The notes under the pieces: generated by a model
Told to the model about the DNA's origin: nothing
Database searches by the model: none
What the model saw: the letters and a program-made list of their open reading frames with translations, nothing else
Made by a program: the position numbers and the translations under genes
From: Seison nebaliae
Taxonomy: Eukaryota
Assembly: GCA_023231475.1 (NCBI GenBank)
Contig: JALJEE010001876.1
Span: 1 to 52,868 of the forward strand
Direction of reading: 5' to 3'
Length of the DNA stretch: 52,868 nucleotides
In this document: positions 1 to 11,554 of the stretch, one piece after another
How the letters are laid out: each line of letters opens with the position of its first letter
How positions within the stretch are numbered: the stretch's first letter is position 1

Positions 1-457
1 ATTCGTGCACCATTTTTCGACATTTCCTCAATACAGCCACTGATTATCTTCTCTAGTGACTCGTTCTTCTTCGTCAATTCAACCACGGCATCTTCCATTT
101 TCTCTATTTTTTCACCGAATTTCTCAACAGATAACACAAGATTTTCGACCTTGTGTTTGAGTGTCCTGTTGAGTCTAGGACATAAGAGCCACGCAGCTGA
201 AATTTATTAATAAAGTAATAATAAAACACAGTATATAGCTACACAGCTGTATAGGATTGTTATGTCTGGATTTTTGTTTTCCATAATTATACAGAGTCTC
301 GTGGCTCTTATGTCCTTCTCCCTGTCCTGTTATCACTCATTGAATTCGACGACCTTAATCTCTTCGTCGCCAAGATGGTTCTCCATTTTGCAGACTCATC
401 AACTACATCACCGCAGCCAGAGTTCAAATGAGCTGGTCGAACCGCCGACACCTTCGT
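1..457 (-). mobile_element. Interrupted coiled-coil ORF, probably a retroelement ORF1/gag-like remnant (runs off the window start)
   Basis: Removing 171..322 plus one copy of the 9-bp direct repeat gives an open minus-strand frame: TKVSAVRPAHLNSGCGDVVDESAKWRT...SDNRTLKHKVENLVLSVEKFGEKIEKMEDAVVELTKKNESLEKII. It has a heptad-like pattern and lies among TE fragments. Family assignment is inference. Confidence 0.45.
171..322. mobile_element. 152-bp non-autonomous TIR element (MITE-like) with 9-bp target-site duplication
   Basis: Perfect 17-bp inverted repeat AGGACATAAGAGCCACG (177-193) / CGTGGCTCTTATGTCCT (300-316), each 6 nt from an element end. Direct repeat TGTCCTGTT at 162-170 and 323-331. 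Confidence 0.7.
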
Positions 458-1216
458 TCAATTTTTGTATTTTATTTTTCGCCATGTGAAAAAAATCTCT
501 CTCTTTCTTCCTCTCTCTATTTTAACGTTACCAATAGGGAAAGTTTCTTCCACGATGTATTTATCACAATACAAATGACACAGTTTTGCGCTTTTTTCGA
601 TTAAAATTGATTGATGTCTTAATATTATTCTAACAGTCTCTCCTTCACTTATTATTGATTCTTTATTTGATAAGATTGAAATTCGTCGATTCGATAAAAC
701 GTTTCTTTTTGCTTTTGCAATAATATCGTTTCTTTCGGAACAATTTAAATGAGAACGGAGGAGAGTGTTAGGTTTATTTCTAAACACGATTTCGATTGGT
801 GATAATTCGGTTATTGTTAGTAAATTTGATTTTATTGATGTACTGTTTCCAATTTGACTAGTGGTCTTCAACCGAAATTCTTATCATTTTCGAAATTGTT
901 CTGATTTCTCGCTCCACCGTTTAATGATGTTCCGGAGATGCAATATTTAACGTGATCCCTAATTTATTACATTGTCCGACGAATTTTTTTGATCGGAATT
1001 CAGAACCAGCATCTGCTGTAATTGACAGGGGTGTAGCTTGAGATAATATGAATATAATAAGATAATAAATTTGTATAATATTGAGATCATTGTCATTCGC
1101 AGTGTGTCGACGAAATGTGAACAATTTCCCATATTTGCTAAATGAATCGATCTGAATCCATCTGATGACGTTATTAACGGTCCCTTAACGTCCATCTGTA
1201 TGTTATCAAAGGTCAT
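458..1216 (-). pseudogene. Degenerate LTR-retrotransposon (Ty3/Gypsy-like) integrase fragment
   Basis: Frameshifted ORFs carry integrase-core motifs FDNIQMDVKGPL, PLSITADAGSEFRS and LGITLNIASPEHH, followed by ELSPIEIVF. Stops and frameshifts show decay. Confidence 0.75.
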
Positions 1217-1233
1217 ATTGTATTCATATATTA

Positions 1234-1653
1234 TTATTCATTAATCACAATGAGTGATAAAATTGAGAAAAAAAAAGTATTGACACCATATTCCATATTC
1301 ACCGAATCGAACGCTTTACTAGCACCAATAAAGTAGAAGATGAATTTAGTGTTTGAAGCTAGACATCTCATGATAAGAAATTTGATAAGCAGTAATAATA
1401 GGAGAGTTCCTCTACCCTTCACTCTATATGCGAATTGAAAACGTGAACAAAATAGTTCGGAAGAATATCTATTTTTAATGATTTGTTCGATTAATTTTTG
1501 ATCAACCCACTTGCAACACAAATTGGACGCTAGGAGTTTACATCGGATGCGCGTTTGCCATTCGCTTTGTAAATTGGAATAATGGTGTAAATTCTTGTCA
1601 GAATAGTTTATGTTTCCATACAGAATGTCATTGATAACATGATTAATTAACAA
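1234..1653 (-). pseudogene. Degenerate non-LTR (LINE) reverse transcriptase fragment
   Basis: FQFAYRVKGRGT and FYFIGASKAFDSVN resemble the LINE RT motifs QxGFRxxRST and FIDFSKAFDSV. Confidence 0.65.
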
Positions 1654-1681
1654 GCTTCATTATGCTGGGAATTTTTTGTTT

Positions 1682-1723
1682 CCTATTTTGCCCCCTATTC
1701 CCAAATTGCCCCAGTTGACGGTA
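1682..1723 (-). mobile_element. Orphan Tc1/mariner-pogo-like terminal inverted repeat
   Basis: Minus strand reads TA-CCGTCAACTGGGGCAATTTGGGAATAGGGGGCAAAATAGG: TA flank, CCGT start and a duplicated GGGGCAA motif. No partner end was found in the window. Confidence 0.5.
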
Positions 1724-2210
1724 TACTTTTATCCATAAAATCTAGAATATCGACTCTATCCACATGAAATTTTAAGTTAAGAAATAATAAGAATAGATAA
1801 AAATAAAGGAGCAAAAAGCGAAAGATTTATAAAGCATGATTCTAATTTATTTTACTCGTTTGTTGTGATTGGTTTGTGGTCTCTGACGAATCCATAATAG
1901 AAGAGTGTATGTTCTTAAGATATGAAATTATGGAAGATACAAAATTTATTTAGAAAAATGTTAATGTTTTTCCTCCTGTTCCCTTGAGCCTTCTTTTTGT
2001 CTTCTGCTCCTCCCATGTCATAAGACACGACACGTTACCGTTGAAAATTCATTTATTGCTATTTTAATACATTACCAATTGGTTGCATGAAACTCATTTG
2101 AATTTTAGCCTTCTCCTTAATTTTCTTTATTAATTTTTCATTTTTTATTGACTAAATTCCACGATATTATTATATTCAACTAAAAATTTTTGTTTCCATA
2201 AACCGATCGA

Positions 2211-4291
2211 ATGGATCTCATTAAAGTGGTTGAAGAATTATCTTTTCTCGGAGTGGAAGTCAACAAAGAATTTACAAATAATTGTTAATATTTCATTTAT
2301 CTGTTTAACCTCTTCATTGATCAGTAACTAAATATCAATATGTTTGGAAGGATCAAAATGAATTTTTAGATAATTACTCAAAATATATGGTAGACGATAA
2401 TTTGACGACACCAAATGATATTCTTCACCGAATGCTTGAAGTTCTATTATGATTGCCTAATTAAAATTATTAATTTTTAACAGAAACACCAAGTCAATCA
2501 GCGAACAAGCAGGTCGTCTTATAAAGGGCAAACAACGGAAAATCAAAGAAAGTTTTTATTTATTTTTGTCGAAGGTGTCGAATAAAAATGTAGATCTCAA
2601 ACAGTACATATTTTATCGAAATATTTGAAAGAGAATGTGACTCCAATCAAGAACAAATTGATAAAAACGGAAAAAATGAATGACGATCTAGGTGATCAAT
2701 GGAATGAAGAAATTTTAATGAATAAAATCAAAAAAGAGAAAGTGAAAGAAGAAGTAGAGGAGATAAATGAGAGAATAATAGAGGACGATGATGAAGATAT
2801 TTTAGAAGATATCTTTAAGGAATCTCAAGATATCAAAGATAATTGGAATTTAATTAATTATGATCACAAGAAATTGGAAGAAATATCATTCGATCAAAAT
2901 TTATTGTTTGCCGACTATCAAGCGATGGGAAAAATATTTGAGAAGAAATGGAAATATTTTAAAAATATTTTTGAGAACTGTGATAAGAAAATTAAAATTC
3001 TTTCCAGTGTCGACGATATCGTAAATGATCGATTAGATAATTATCTGGTTGGACAATTGTTAACTGTAGCGGATGGAACTGGAAATTTAGGACTGTGTCG
3101 AAATGATAATATTTTCCAAATTTATGATGAAACGAATGAAACTTTCGATAGCATCAAACTCAATTTCCATAATATTAATTTGAATGGACTTCTCTTACAT
3201 TCTGGTTTGTTCGTGATGATTAAAGGAGGTGAAATTAGTAGGAATAGATTTAATGTACAAAAGTTATTTCTACCTCCAATAAATGTAAGGAAGAAAGTAG
3301 AAGAATGTTCTTTGTCTTTTTGTGTGAGTTGTGGTCCGTTCATTGCAAATGAGAATGATGAGGAAAACAAATGGAAGTATCTGGAGGAAACGTTCAAACG
3401 AGTTCAATTATTTAATAAAAGTTTTTAATTTTTTAAATTTTATCGAAATTCATTTTTTTCGTAGATGTTTTGATTTTATTTGGACCGTTCTCTGATAAGT
3501 CGATTAATATGTCGTCAAGAGATATGAACGTAACAGAAGAATGTATGAAGAAAATCGAAGAATTCTCTATAAAGTTATTTCTCAAATTTCTGAAATTCTT
3601 AGAATTTTGTAAAGATATCTGATGAAGAAAGTTTTCATCATTCCATCACTTGACGATGAAGAGAAATTAAATGCTCTTCCAGCCGATCCATTTCCATACA
3701 AATCTTATTCTGTTAGGAAATTTTATTTTGTTTATGAAATTTATTTTGTTTTTAGAATATTGTTCAATTGCCGAATCCGTCTTATATTATTTTGAATGGG
3801 TTTAACATTTTATTGTTATCCAATTCTTATGTAAATGAAACAATGAATTGGCAACAAGATGAAGAAAGTATCTGTTCCAGAAATGCGAGGAAACCTGAAT
3901 TATTATTTCGCAATATCATCCATCAACGACAGTTAGTTATAATTATATTATATTATATATAATTTATTTATGGTTTAATATTAATAGTTGTTATCCATTT
4001 TATCCGATGCATCGAACATATGTCGATTATGATTCACCGACATTAGAAGTAGAATGCGTTCCTGATATGATAATTATGCCGATTAAATGGCATTATCTGT
4101 GTGAACGTATGGAGATTGTGGATGAATTAATTGGAGGCAGAGAAGAAAGTTGGGCGATGAATCCAGGACGATGTCATGTAATGAAGAATGGGGAATTACA
4201 AGGAAATGTGAGTTGGGTACAATTGAAGAGATGGAATAATCAGGAAAAGATGAAAGTAGAATCAAAAAACGAGAAAATCTTTCTCGAATAA
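2211..4291 (+). CDS. POLA2: DNA polymerase alpha subunit B (divergent), 8 exons
   Basis: Motifs VSCGPF, VLILFGPF, VFIIPSLDD, QLPNPSYIILNG, IIHQRHCYPFYP, PDMIIMP and MNPGR. Frame-restoring introns at 2284-2324, 2441-2483, 2552-2593, 3421-3464, 3574-3614, 3712-3755 and 3932-3987. Confidence 0.85.
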
Positions 4292-4487
4292 TAATTTATT
4301 GAATAATAAATGAAGTGATAATAAAAGAATGACGATAAAAATTTTGTTAAATGATGAAATAAATGAAAACAATAATAATCAATCAATAAATCGATAAAAT
4401 ATCTCTAAATAATTCAATCGAATTGAGAATATAAATGTTGCATGAAAATTATGATTGGTGACCACGATTGATTGTGATCAAATAATT

Positions 4488-7004
4488 TCATGTATCATTA
4501 AATGCATCATTAGTATTGTTGTTATTACTATTATTCGATTGACACTCGAGATGTAATTTACCGCTCAAAGTGGTAGTTGAAGAAGAATTATCATAGAAAT
4601 TTGTTGCAATAAAATTATTATTCTTTAACGATACATTATTCGTTGAATTTGGAGATAAAAATTGATTTTGATGATGTTGTTGATGTTGTTGTTGTTGATG
4701 TGGAGTGAAGGATTGTACTAATTGTTGATTATGATGATGTTGATTATTCGAATTATTACAACGGATATCATAAGAAAAATTATCATTATTCATCGTATCC
4801 TTTTCTAACTTGATCGATTTATTTTCACCATTATTATTATTATTCGCCGTCGTCTTACTAGACGACGATACAATTGACGATATTTTGTTGTTCGAAGTAA
4901 TAGGAGAATTATTAAGGATTGATGACATAATTGTATTCGTCAAATTAATTTTATTATTCATATCATTCTTTGCATTATTCGGAATATTACTGTTGTTGTT
5001 GTTGATATTTTGTTTGAAGTCGTTAGACATATTAAAATCATCGTCGTCTATCATCTCGTTGATGTTGTGAGAAGTGTTTTCAATAAGATTCTTATTCGTT
5101 GACGATGATGATGATGATACTAAAAGATCATTGTCATCCATTGATGAATTGAGATGATTATTATTATTATTATTAGTCTCCAATAATGATGTAGTTTGTC
5201 GTTTATTATTGAATTTTTTTGAATTACCTTTTCCTTTATCGTCATCGGTTCGAAAGTGGACGCCTTTCATATGTGTTCGTAAGTTGCCGGATGTGGAGAA
5301 GCATCGCGAACATTCATTGCACACATGCGGCTTCTCACCAGTATGTGTATGCATATGAACACGCAAATTACCAGAAGAACGGAACGCCTTATCACATTCG
5401 GTACAATGATATGGTTTTTCGCCGGTATGTGTATGAGTGTGCACACGCAAATTTCCAGAAGATCTAAAGGTTTTATTACAATACTGGCAAGAGTATGGAC
5501 GCTCACCAGTATGTTGTAACATATGCGTTCTCATATTGCCACTTGTGCGAAATGCTTTATTGCAGAAAATGCATTTGTGCGGTTTCTCGTTAGCATGTAT
5601 CAGCATATGTATTCGCAGATTCTGCAACGTAGTAAATCGTTTATTGCATGATGAACAGGAGTAACGTCTCTCTCCTGAATGGAAAAATTCATGAACTCTC
5701 AAATTGGAAATTGTCCGGAACTTCTTCGGACATTGAGTGCACTGATGTGGACGCTCATCGGTATGTACCGTTTGGTGCACTCTCAAATTCCCAAGAGTAG
5801 CGAATGCTCTCCCGCATATAGTGCAACAATGTGGTCTTTCGCCAGTGTGTGTCCTCTCGTGAATTCTCAAGTTTCCTTGAGTTCGAAAACCTTTTCCACA
5901 TGTCTTACATTGGAACGGTGTGGTGCCGGTATGGAGAAGAATATGATGACGAAGATTACCTCTCGTACTATACTGATTGTGACATGTGGGACATTCGGGT
6001 TTCTCACCTTTCTTCACCAATTTCATCATTTCATCTGGTGACATCGATAATTTAGATGAATCGTCGTCAAGACATTCCGATTTGATTTCACCAGATAACA
6101 AATCTTCACTTTTATTATTATTGTTATTTAACGGTCTATTATTCAAGTTCGTATCTTTATCATTATTATTCATATGATTTCTATTCTGATTTAATCTATG
6201 ACTCTTTTTATTATTTTCGTTCGACAACTTCCCATTCCCAACAACATTATTAATTGTTGTTGTTAATAAATTATTATTATTATTATTATTATCATTCGAA
6301 TACAACAACTGTTGTTGTTGTTGTGGATGAGGTGTATGATGAGAATTAATTTGTTGTTGTTGTTGTTGATGATGATTTTGATGATGATTTTGTTGATTAT
6401 TATTATTGTTATTGCTATTGTTGTTGTTAGTCGTTTGAAATGAATTATTATGTGGATTATTCAACGGCTGAGAATTAGATAATTGAGATTTGAGAAAGTT
6501 ATTTGGAATTAAACATTTCTGATTTAAATTTGATGTATTCGATTGCATTGCATTGGAAAGAATTGCATTTAACATCGTTCGATTATTCATCGATGACAAA
6601 TGTAAATTGTTATTAGTTGCTGTAGTACAATTATTATTCGTTTGATGTGATGTCATCAAATTATTTTTCGCATTAAACATCTGATTATTGTTGTTGTTGT
6701 TGTTAATGGTTGGTTTGGGTAATTCGATTTCACATAAAGGTGAAGTCAAATAAGAAATTTTCGAAGAAGAATTTTGTTGTTGTTGTTGTTGCTGTTGTGG
6801 TGTTTGTAGTTGAGATTGTTGTTGTGGCTGAGATTGTTGTTGATTTAATCGAGGCATCGTAGATGCCTGATTCAGATAGTTATTGAACATTTGATGCATT
6901 TGATTCTGATTGACGATATTCTCAAAATTTCCTCTCAATTGAACATCAAGACAATCAGTTAAATGTTTCTCATTCGATGTCAACACCGTGTACAATTCAT
7001 TCAT
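4488..7004 (-). CDS. C2H2 zinc-finger protein with nine tandem fingers and Asn/Gln/His low-complexity flanks
   Basis: 838-aa single-exon ORF with nine CxxC-x12-HxxxH(x) fingers and TGE(R/K)P-type linkers at about 5256-5993. Confidence 0.95.
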   Translation of the reverse strand: MNELYTVLTSNEKHLTDCLDVQLRGNFENIVNQNQMHQMFNNYLNQASTMPRLNQQQSQPQQQSQLQTPQQQQQQQQNSSSKISYLTSPLCEIELPKPTINNNNNNNQMFNAKNNLMTSHQTNNNCTTATNNNLHLSSMNNRTMLNAILSNAMQSNTSNLNQKCLIPNNFLKSQLSNSQPLNNPHNNSFQTTNNNNSNNNNNNQQNHHQNHHQQQQQQINSHHTPHPQQQQQLLYSNDNNNNNNNLLTTTINNVVGNGKLSNENNKKSHRLNQNRNHMNNNDKDTNLNNRPLNNNNNKSEDLLSGEIKSECLDDDSSKLSMSPDEMMKLVKKGEKPECPTCHNQYSTRGNLRHHILLHTGTTPFQCKTCGKGFRTQGNLRIHERTHTGERPHCCTICGRAFATLGNLRVHQTVHTDERPHQCTQCPKKFRTISNLRVHEFFHSGERRYSCSSCNKRFTTLQNLRIHMLIHANEKPHKCIFCNKAFRTSGNMRTHMLQHTGERPYSCQYCNKTFRSSGNLRVHTHTHTGEKPYHCTECDKAFRSSGNLRVHMHTHTGEKPHVCNECSRCFSTSGNLRTHMKGVHFRTDDDKGKGNSKKFNNKRQTTSLLETNNNNNNHLNSSMDDNDLLVSSSSSSTNKNLIENTSHNINEMIDDDDFNMSNDFKQNINNNNSNIPNNAKNDMNNKINLTNTIMSSILNNSPITSNNKISSIVSSSSKTTANNNNNGENKSIKLEKDTMNNDNFSYDIRCNNSNNQHHHNQQLVQSFTPHQQQQHQQHHQNQFLSPNSTNNVSLKNNNFIATNFYDNSSSTTTLSGKLHLECQSNNSNNNNTNDAFNDT

Positions 7005-8042
7005 AATTCATCTTCCTATTCTTCGTATTCAGGCCATTTTGAAAAGAAATTCTAATGGAACAACAATTTATTTATATTCGACTTATTTCATTTCCTGAAT
7101 TCAATCTAAACTTATTTCTACAAATCAATTAGAAAGTTCAACAAGCAGAAAAACATCGACAATTATCAATTCATTTTTTTAAAAAACATTAACACTCTTC
7201 ATTATCATTCTTATTATGATCAGAAAGAAATAAAGAATAAAATAAGAATAATTTTAATTGATTTATCACTATCTTTATCATTTCACCACATACATACACA
7301 CACATACACACTCACACACACAATTCCACACGTACTGTGCATACATGTATTGGTGTAAACAAATTAAAGTTAACATACGAACATTTGTGAATAGAAGATG
7401 TATTTGGAAAGAATATATACCAACAAATACATTTGCCCGTCTTATCAATGATGAGAAAGAAAGATACAAATACATATACCACATAACGAAGAATCATAAA
7501 GAACAACTGAAGTAGTTTGAGGTATTTACTTCACACATATACACATACACACACGACCTCATCATCTTCTTCAAAACAGGAACAAAGACTTATTAATTGT
7601 TTATTTATATTTTTTTCTTCTCAATTTATTTATTTATTTTCCAAACAATTTTTTTTCATTCGTTGCTCTCAATGTCCCCTCAATTTCTCTACCACCAAAT
7701 TCTAAGCTCAACAATTTCCAACACAAGTTCTCCTCCCGAATCCGAATATAACACATCTTTTCCTGCAAACACTCAATCTTCTTCTCACGGACTCAACAGC
7801 CACTTCCTATGTACAAAATATTTGATTCATGAAAACTTCACATTCCTATAATTAAATTATGCAACTCTGCTCTGTATTTTTCCCAATTTGCTTCCTCATC
7901 TTTCCCCCTTAATTAAAATGATTATTTATTTCTTGTTTTCTTCTTCGAAATTCGGCCACTTTCGAGCCTTTAGCTGACATGTCAAGGAAGACGATTAAAG
8001 AAATTTGAAAAATATTTAAAAAAAAAATCTTCTTTTACAATT

Positions 8043-10675
8043 ATGGAAGGACGAATCTTTGGTCGATGTATTCATTCGTTTGATAATCGGAATCGATTCG
8101 AAGTTGTAATTCCATATAATTCGCCATATCTTCTCGCCGTTCGTTCGATGACCTCTCGCATCTTCGACAAAGACCTGAAGAGATGGACTTTCTCCATTTC
8201 CGAATACGAGAGATTTTTACAAATTATTAATTCGTTGAAATCCCAAAACATCTTCATTGAACCGTTATCATCGAATCCTAATCAATCATCAGTTCCATCA
8301 ACTGCCGGAAATCGTAAGAGGACGTGTAATGATAAAATGAATATTTCTATAAAATTCTTAATGAGAGATAATGATCGAGTATCAATTCTTATGCCATTTA
8401 ATAGGGAGATGATTGATTTGATAAAAAGTCGATTGAAAACCAGAAAATATGACGCCGATAAACGACAATGGCACATTCATATTGATGAATATGAGCAATC
8501 AGTGGAACTGTTCGAGAAGGTCAATTCATCAAATCTCCAAATCGATTTGATGAAATTACCTGATGATCTTGTCAATTTTCAGAAAGATCTCATTTCAACT
8601 TCCCAAACTATCAACGATGATAATGATGATGATTTAATGAAAAGAATTCCAATTTTTGAGAAATTGATGCCATTCCAGAAGGAGACCGTACGGAAAGCGA
8701 TCAAATTACATGGGAAAATATTAATAGCGGATGATATGGGTTTAGGAAAGACGATACAATCATTGGCCATTTCTCTCTATTATCGAGAGAAGTGGCCACT
8801 CCTCATCATTTGTCCATCCAGTGTCCGTTATTCCTGGTTCGATGCCATCAAAGTTTGGTGTAGTTCGATTTTGACTGACATGTCAATAACGGACAAAACG
8901 TCGAATTCAGGAACATCGACCGTCACAAGTTATTCCAATCGAACTAGAATTTCCAGGAAATTGGATAGTGATTTAATCGATAATTGGAACGAAATTGTTC
9001 AAATTATTACGACGGGAAAAGATGTGAGAAATCGAATTGGAGTAGATAATTCGAGGATTAAAATTTATTTAATTTCTTATGATATGATGGTGAATGTGAA
9101 AGATGATCTCATTCGAATGATAGGAACATCTCCCAAAATAATAATTGCCGTTTATTTTTTTGTCCATTTGTCCGATTTTTTGAATATTTCCCATTGACTT
9201 CTCAAAAAAGGATGAATCTCATTATATGAAAAGTTTAAAATCTAATCGTACGAAAACCATCACATCATATCTGAAGGTTTTATTTTCATATTATACTGAA
9301 AAATAATCACCGAATTGACTTTTTGAGAAATGTGATCATATTATTTTGTTAAGTGGAACTCCAGCCTTATCTCGACCAGCAGAATTATTCCCACAAATTC
9401 ATGTCCTCTGTCCCAAACTATTCAGTTCATTCCATGATTTTGGTGTGCGTTATTGCGGTGCCGTTCAGGTTCCATCTCATCGTTTCATCTCATTTTTCAA
9501 TTTCCTTCCAATTAACAGACGAAATGGGGATGGAATTATTCGAAATCGAGCAATTTAGATGAACTACAAAATTTATTGAATCAACATTGTCTAATTCGGT
9601 TGGTATTCGATAAGTAAAATTCATTATCATCTTATTCCGTTCAGTCATACGAAAAGTGAAGTTCTTCAACAACTTCCGGAAAAGATAAGGGAACGTGTCA
9701 TAATGGATTCGTCATTAATCGATTTCTCTTCAGAGACCCTTCAAAGATCAAAAAATCAATTTGAAAAGAAGAAATCGGATAATGTTCTTTTCGTGTTCGA
9801 AATAATGTTGGAAATTAATTAATTTTTCAAAAAAGAAAAAATTGGAGACGGAAAAACGAACGGAATTCTTAGAATTCTATCGAGAAACTGCTGTAGCCAA
9901 AATCGATGCATTGAAGTTATAAAAAATAATCCTGAAATGTTTCTATTGTTTTTTCAGAAAATTCTTCAAAGAAACTTTGGAGACGGAAGGTGAGAATATC
10001 ATAATTTTCGCTCATCATCAACTGATACTAGATGAATTGGAAGAATTTATAAAAGATAAAGTTTTCTTGAGTATTGAAAAATAATGAAAATTTGGAATTT
10101 TTATAGAATTTCCCTTATATGAGAATTGATGGTAAGACGTCATCAAAGAAGAGATATGACAATGTGGAATGGTTTCAGAAACCGTCGGATAATATGAAGA
10201 TTGCTTTACTTTCAATTACAGCTGCTAATTCTGGAATTAGTTTGACATCGGCCACTGTTGTTTATTTCGCAGAAATGTTTTGGAATCCTGGTGTTCTTCT
10301 CCAAGCGGAAGATCGTGTTTATCGAATCGGTCAAAAGAATTCAGTTTTTATTCGATATCTGATTGCAGAGAAGACGGCAGATGAAAGTCTTTGGAGATTA
10401 TTGGAATATAAATTATATACATTAAAATCAGTTGGATTATCTAATGTCAGTTTCGCTAATACGGTTTAACATATTTCATTCGAATTATATTGAATAAATT
10501 GGATCATTTCAGAAATCGAAAGTTGAATTATCAGATCAGACGACAATTGATGAATTTTTTGAATTGAAAGAGAATTTGGAAAATGGTTAGAATTATCATT
10601 TTTTTTTCAAATTTGTATTATGCATTTCAATATACAGATGAGATACCTCGAGAAATTTTAAATGAATTGGAATGA
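8043..10675 (+). CDS. SMARCAL1: SMARCAL1/HARP SNF2-family annealing helicase, 10 exons
   Basis: Two HARP-like repeats (FDKDLKRWTF, YDADKRQWHI), then ADDMGLGKT, DESH, LLSGTP, RIDG and QAEDRVYRIGQ. Introns at 9150-9210, 9277-9327, 9469-9518, 9599-9644, 9784-9835, 9916-9957, 10061-10106, 10464-10512 and 10586-10637. Confidence 0.93.
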
Positions 10676-10712
10676 AAAGAAATGAAAATTGAATTGAACT
10701 AATAAAATTTTT

Positions 10713-11466
10713 ATGAATATTGTTTCGAATAAAGTTTATTGATCAAAATTGATTCTTCTAACACATGAATCATTAGAGAATTATTGAAATGAATATTCTG
10801 TTGAAAGATTATCTTAAACTCTTGTCTAGTATTACCGTATGTATTTATTTCATATCTGCCATCATCTTCTTGACTTATAGTCATGCCACTGCTATTACCG
10901 ACCACACGATTTGTAGTAATGTCACTCAATCTCATTTGAGATTATTACGACCACGTCGGAATTTATTCGAGGAATTACTCCAACAGTTACAAATTATGGC
11001 TAATACGAGTATGTTTCATTTTATCGATATCTCTCATGATGACATCTTATCACAATCATCATCATCGTCATCATCATATTATCCTATGAATGTGAGTATC
11101 ACAAAAAAATATGATTATTCCATCTGTCAAGAATGTCTCTCACATCTGGGCTGTATTTATTGTGATGGGGAAACATCGGACGATTTTGGCAGATGTACAA
11201 TGGCACCATTCTGGAAGAAATCGTCGACATGTTCGTCACCAAATCGAATTCGATATTTCCTCTGTTCGATGACCGTCGAACAATTATGGTATTATATGAC
11301 TGTCATGTACATATGTCTATTTGGAATTGTGCTAAGTATTTGGTTCGTTTTGAAGACTTATGGAAATGTTTGTAAATTTATCATGAAACGTTATCGATAT
11401 TTTCGATATCAAATAGAAACGAATCGACGAAATCGATTGGAAGAGATTGAATATGAAAAGATTTAA
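10713..11466 (+). CDS. PTTG1IP-like PSI-domain membrane protein (start at 10713 via intron 10734-10776, or at 10789)
   Basis: N-terminal hydrophobic segment, Cys-rich PSI pattern CQECLSHLGCIYC...C...W...C...C, a TM helix and a basic tail. Confidence 0.65.
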
Positions 11467-11554
11467 TTGGATTTATATTCTTCCAACATTCAATTAATCC
11501 GTTGAAGGAAAACATTTTAATTTATCAATAAAATTTTCATGAGAGAAAAAACTA

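Noticed and set aside
1843..2097. Purine-rich, coding-looking minus-strand stretch divergent from POLA2
   Set aside because: No consistent ORF or splice model and no recognisable homology.
4810..6177. Several antisense and alternate-frame ORFs over the zinc-finger gene
   Set aside because: Shadows of the real CDS; the same applies to short overlapping ORFs in other genes.
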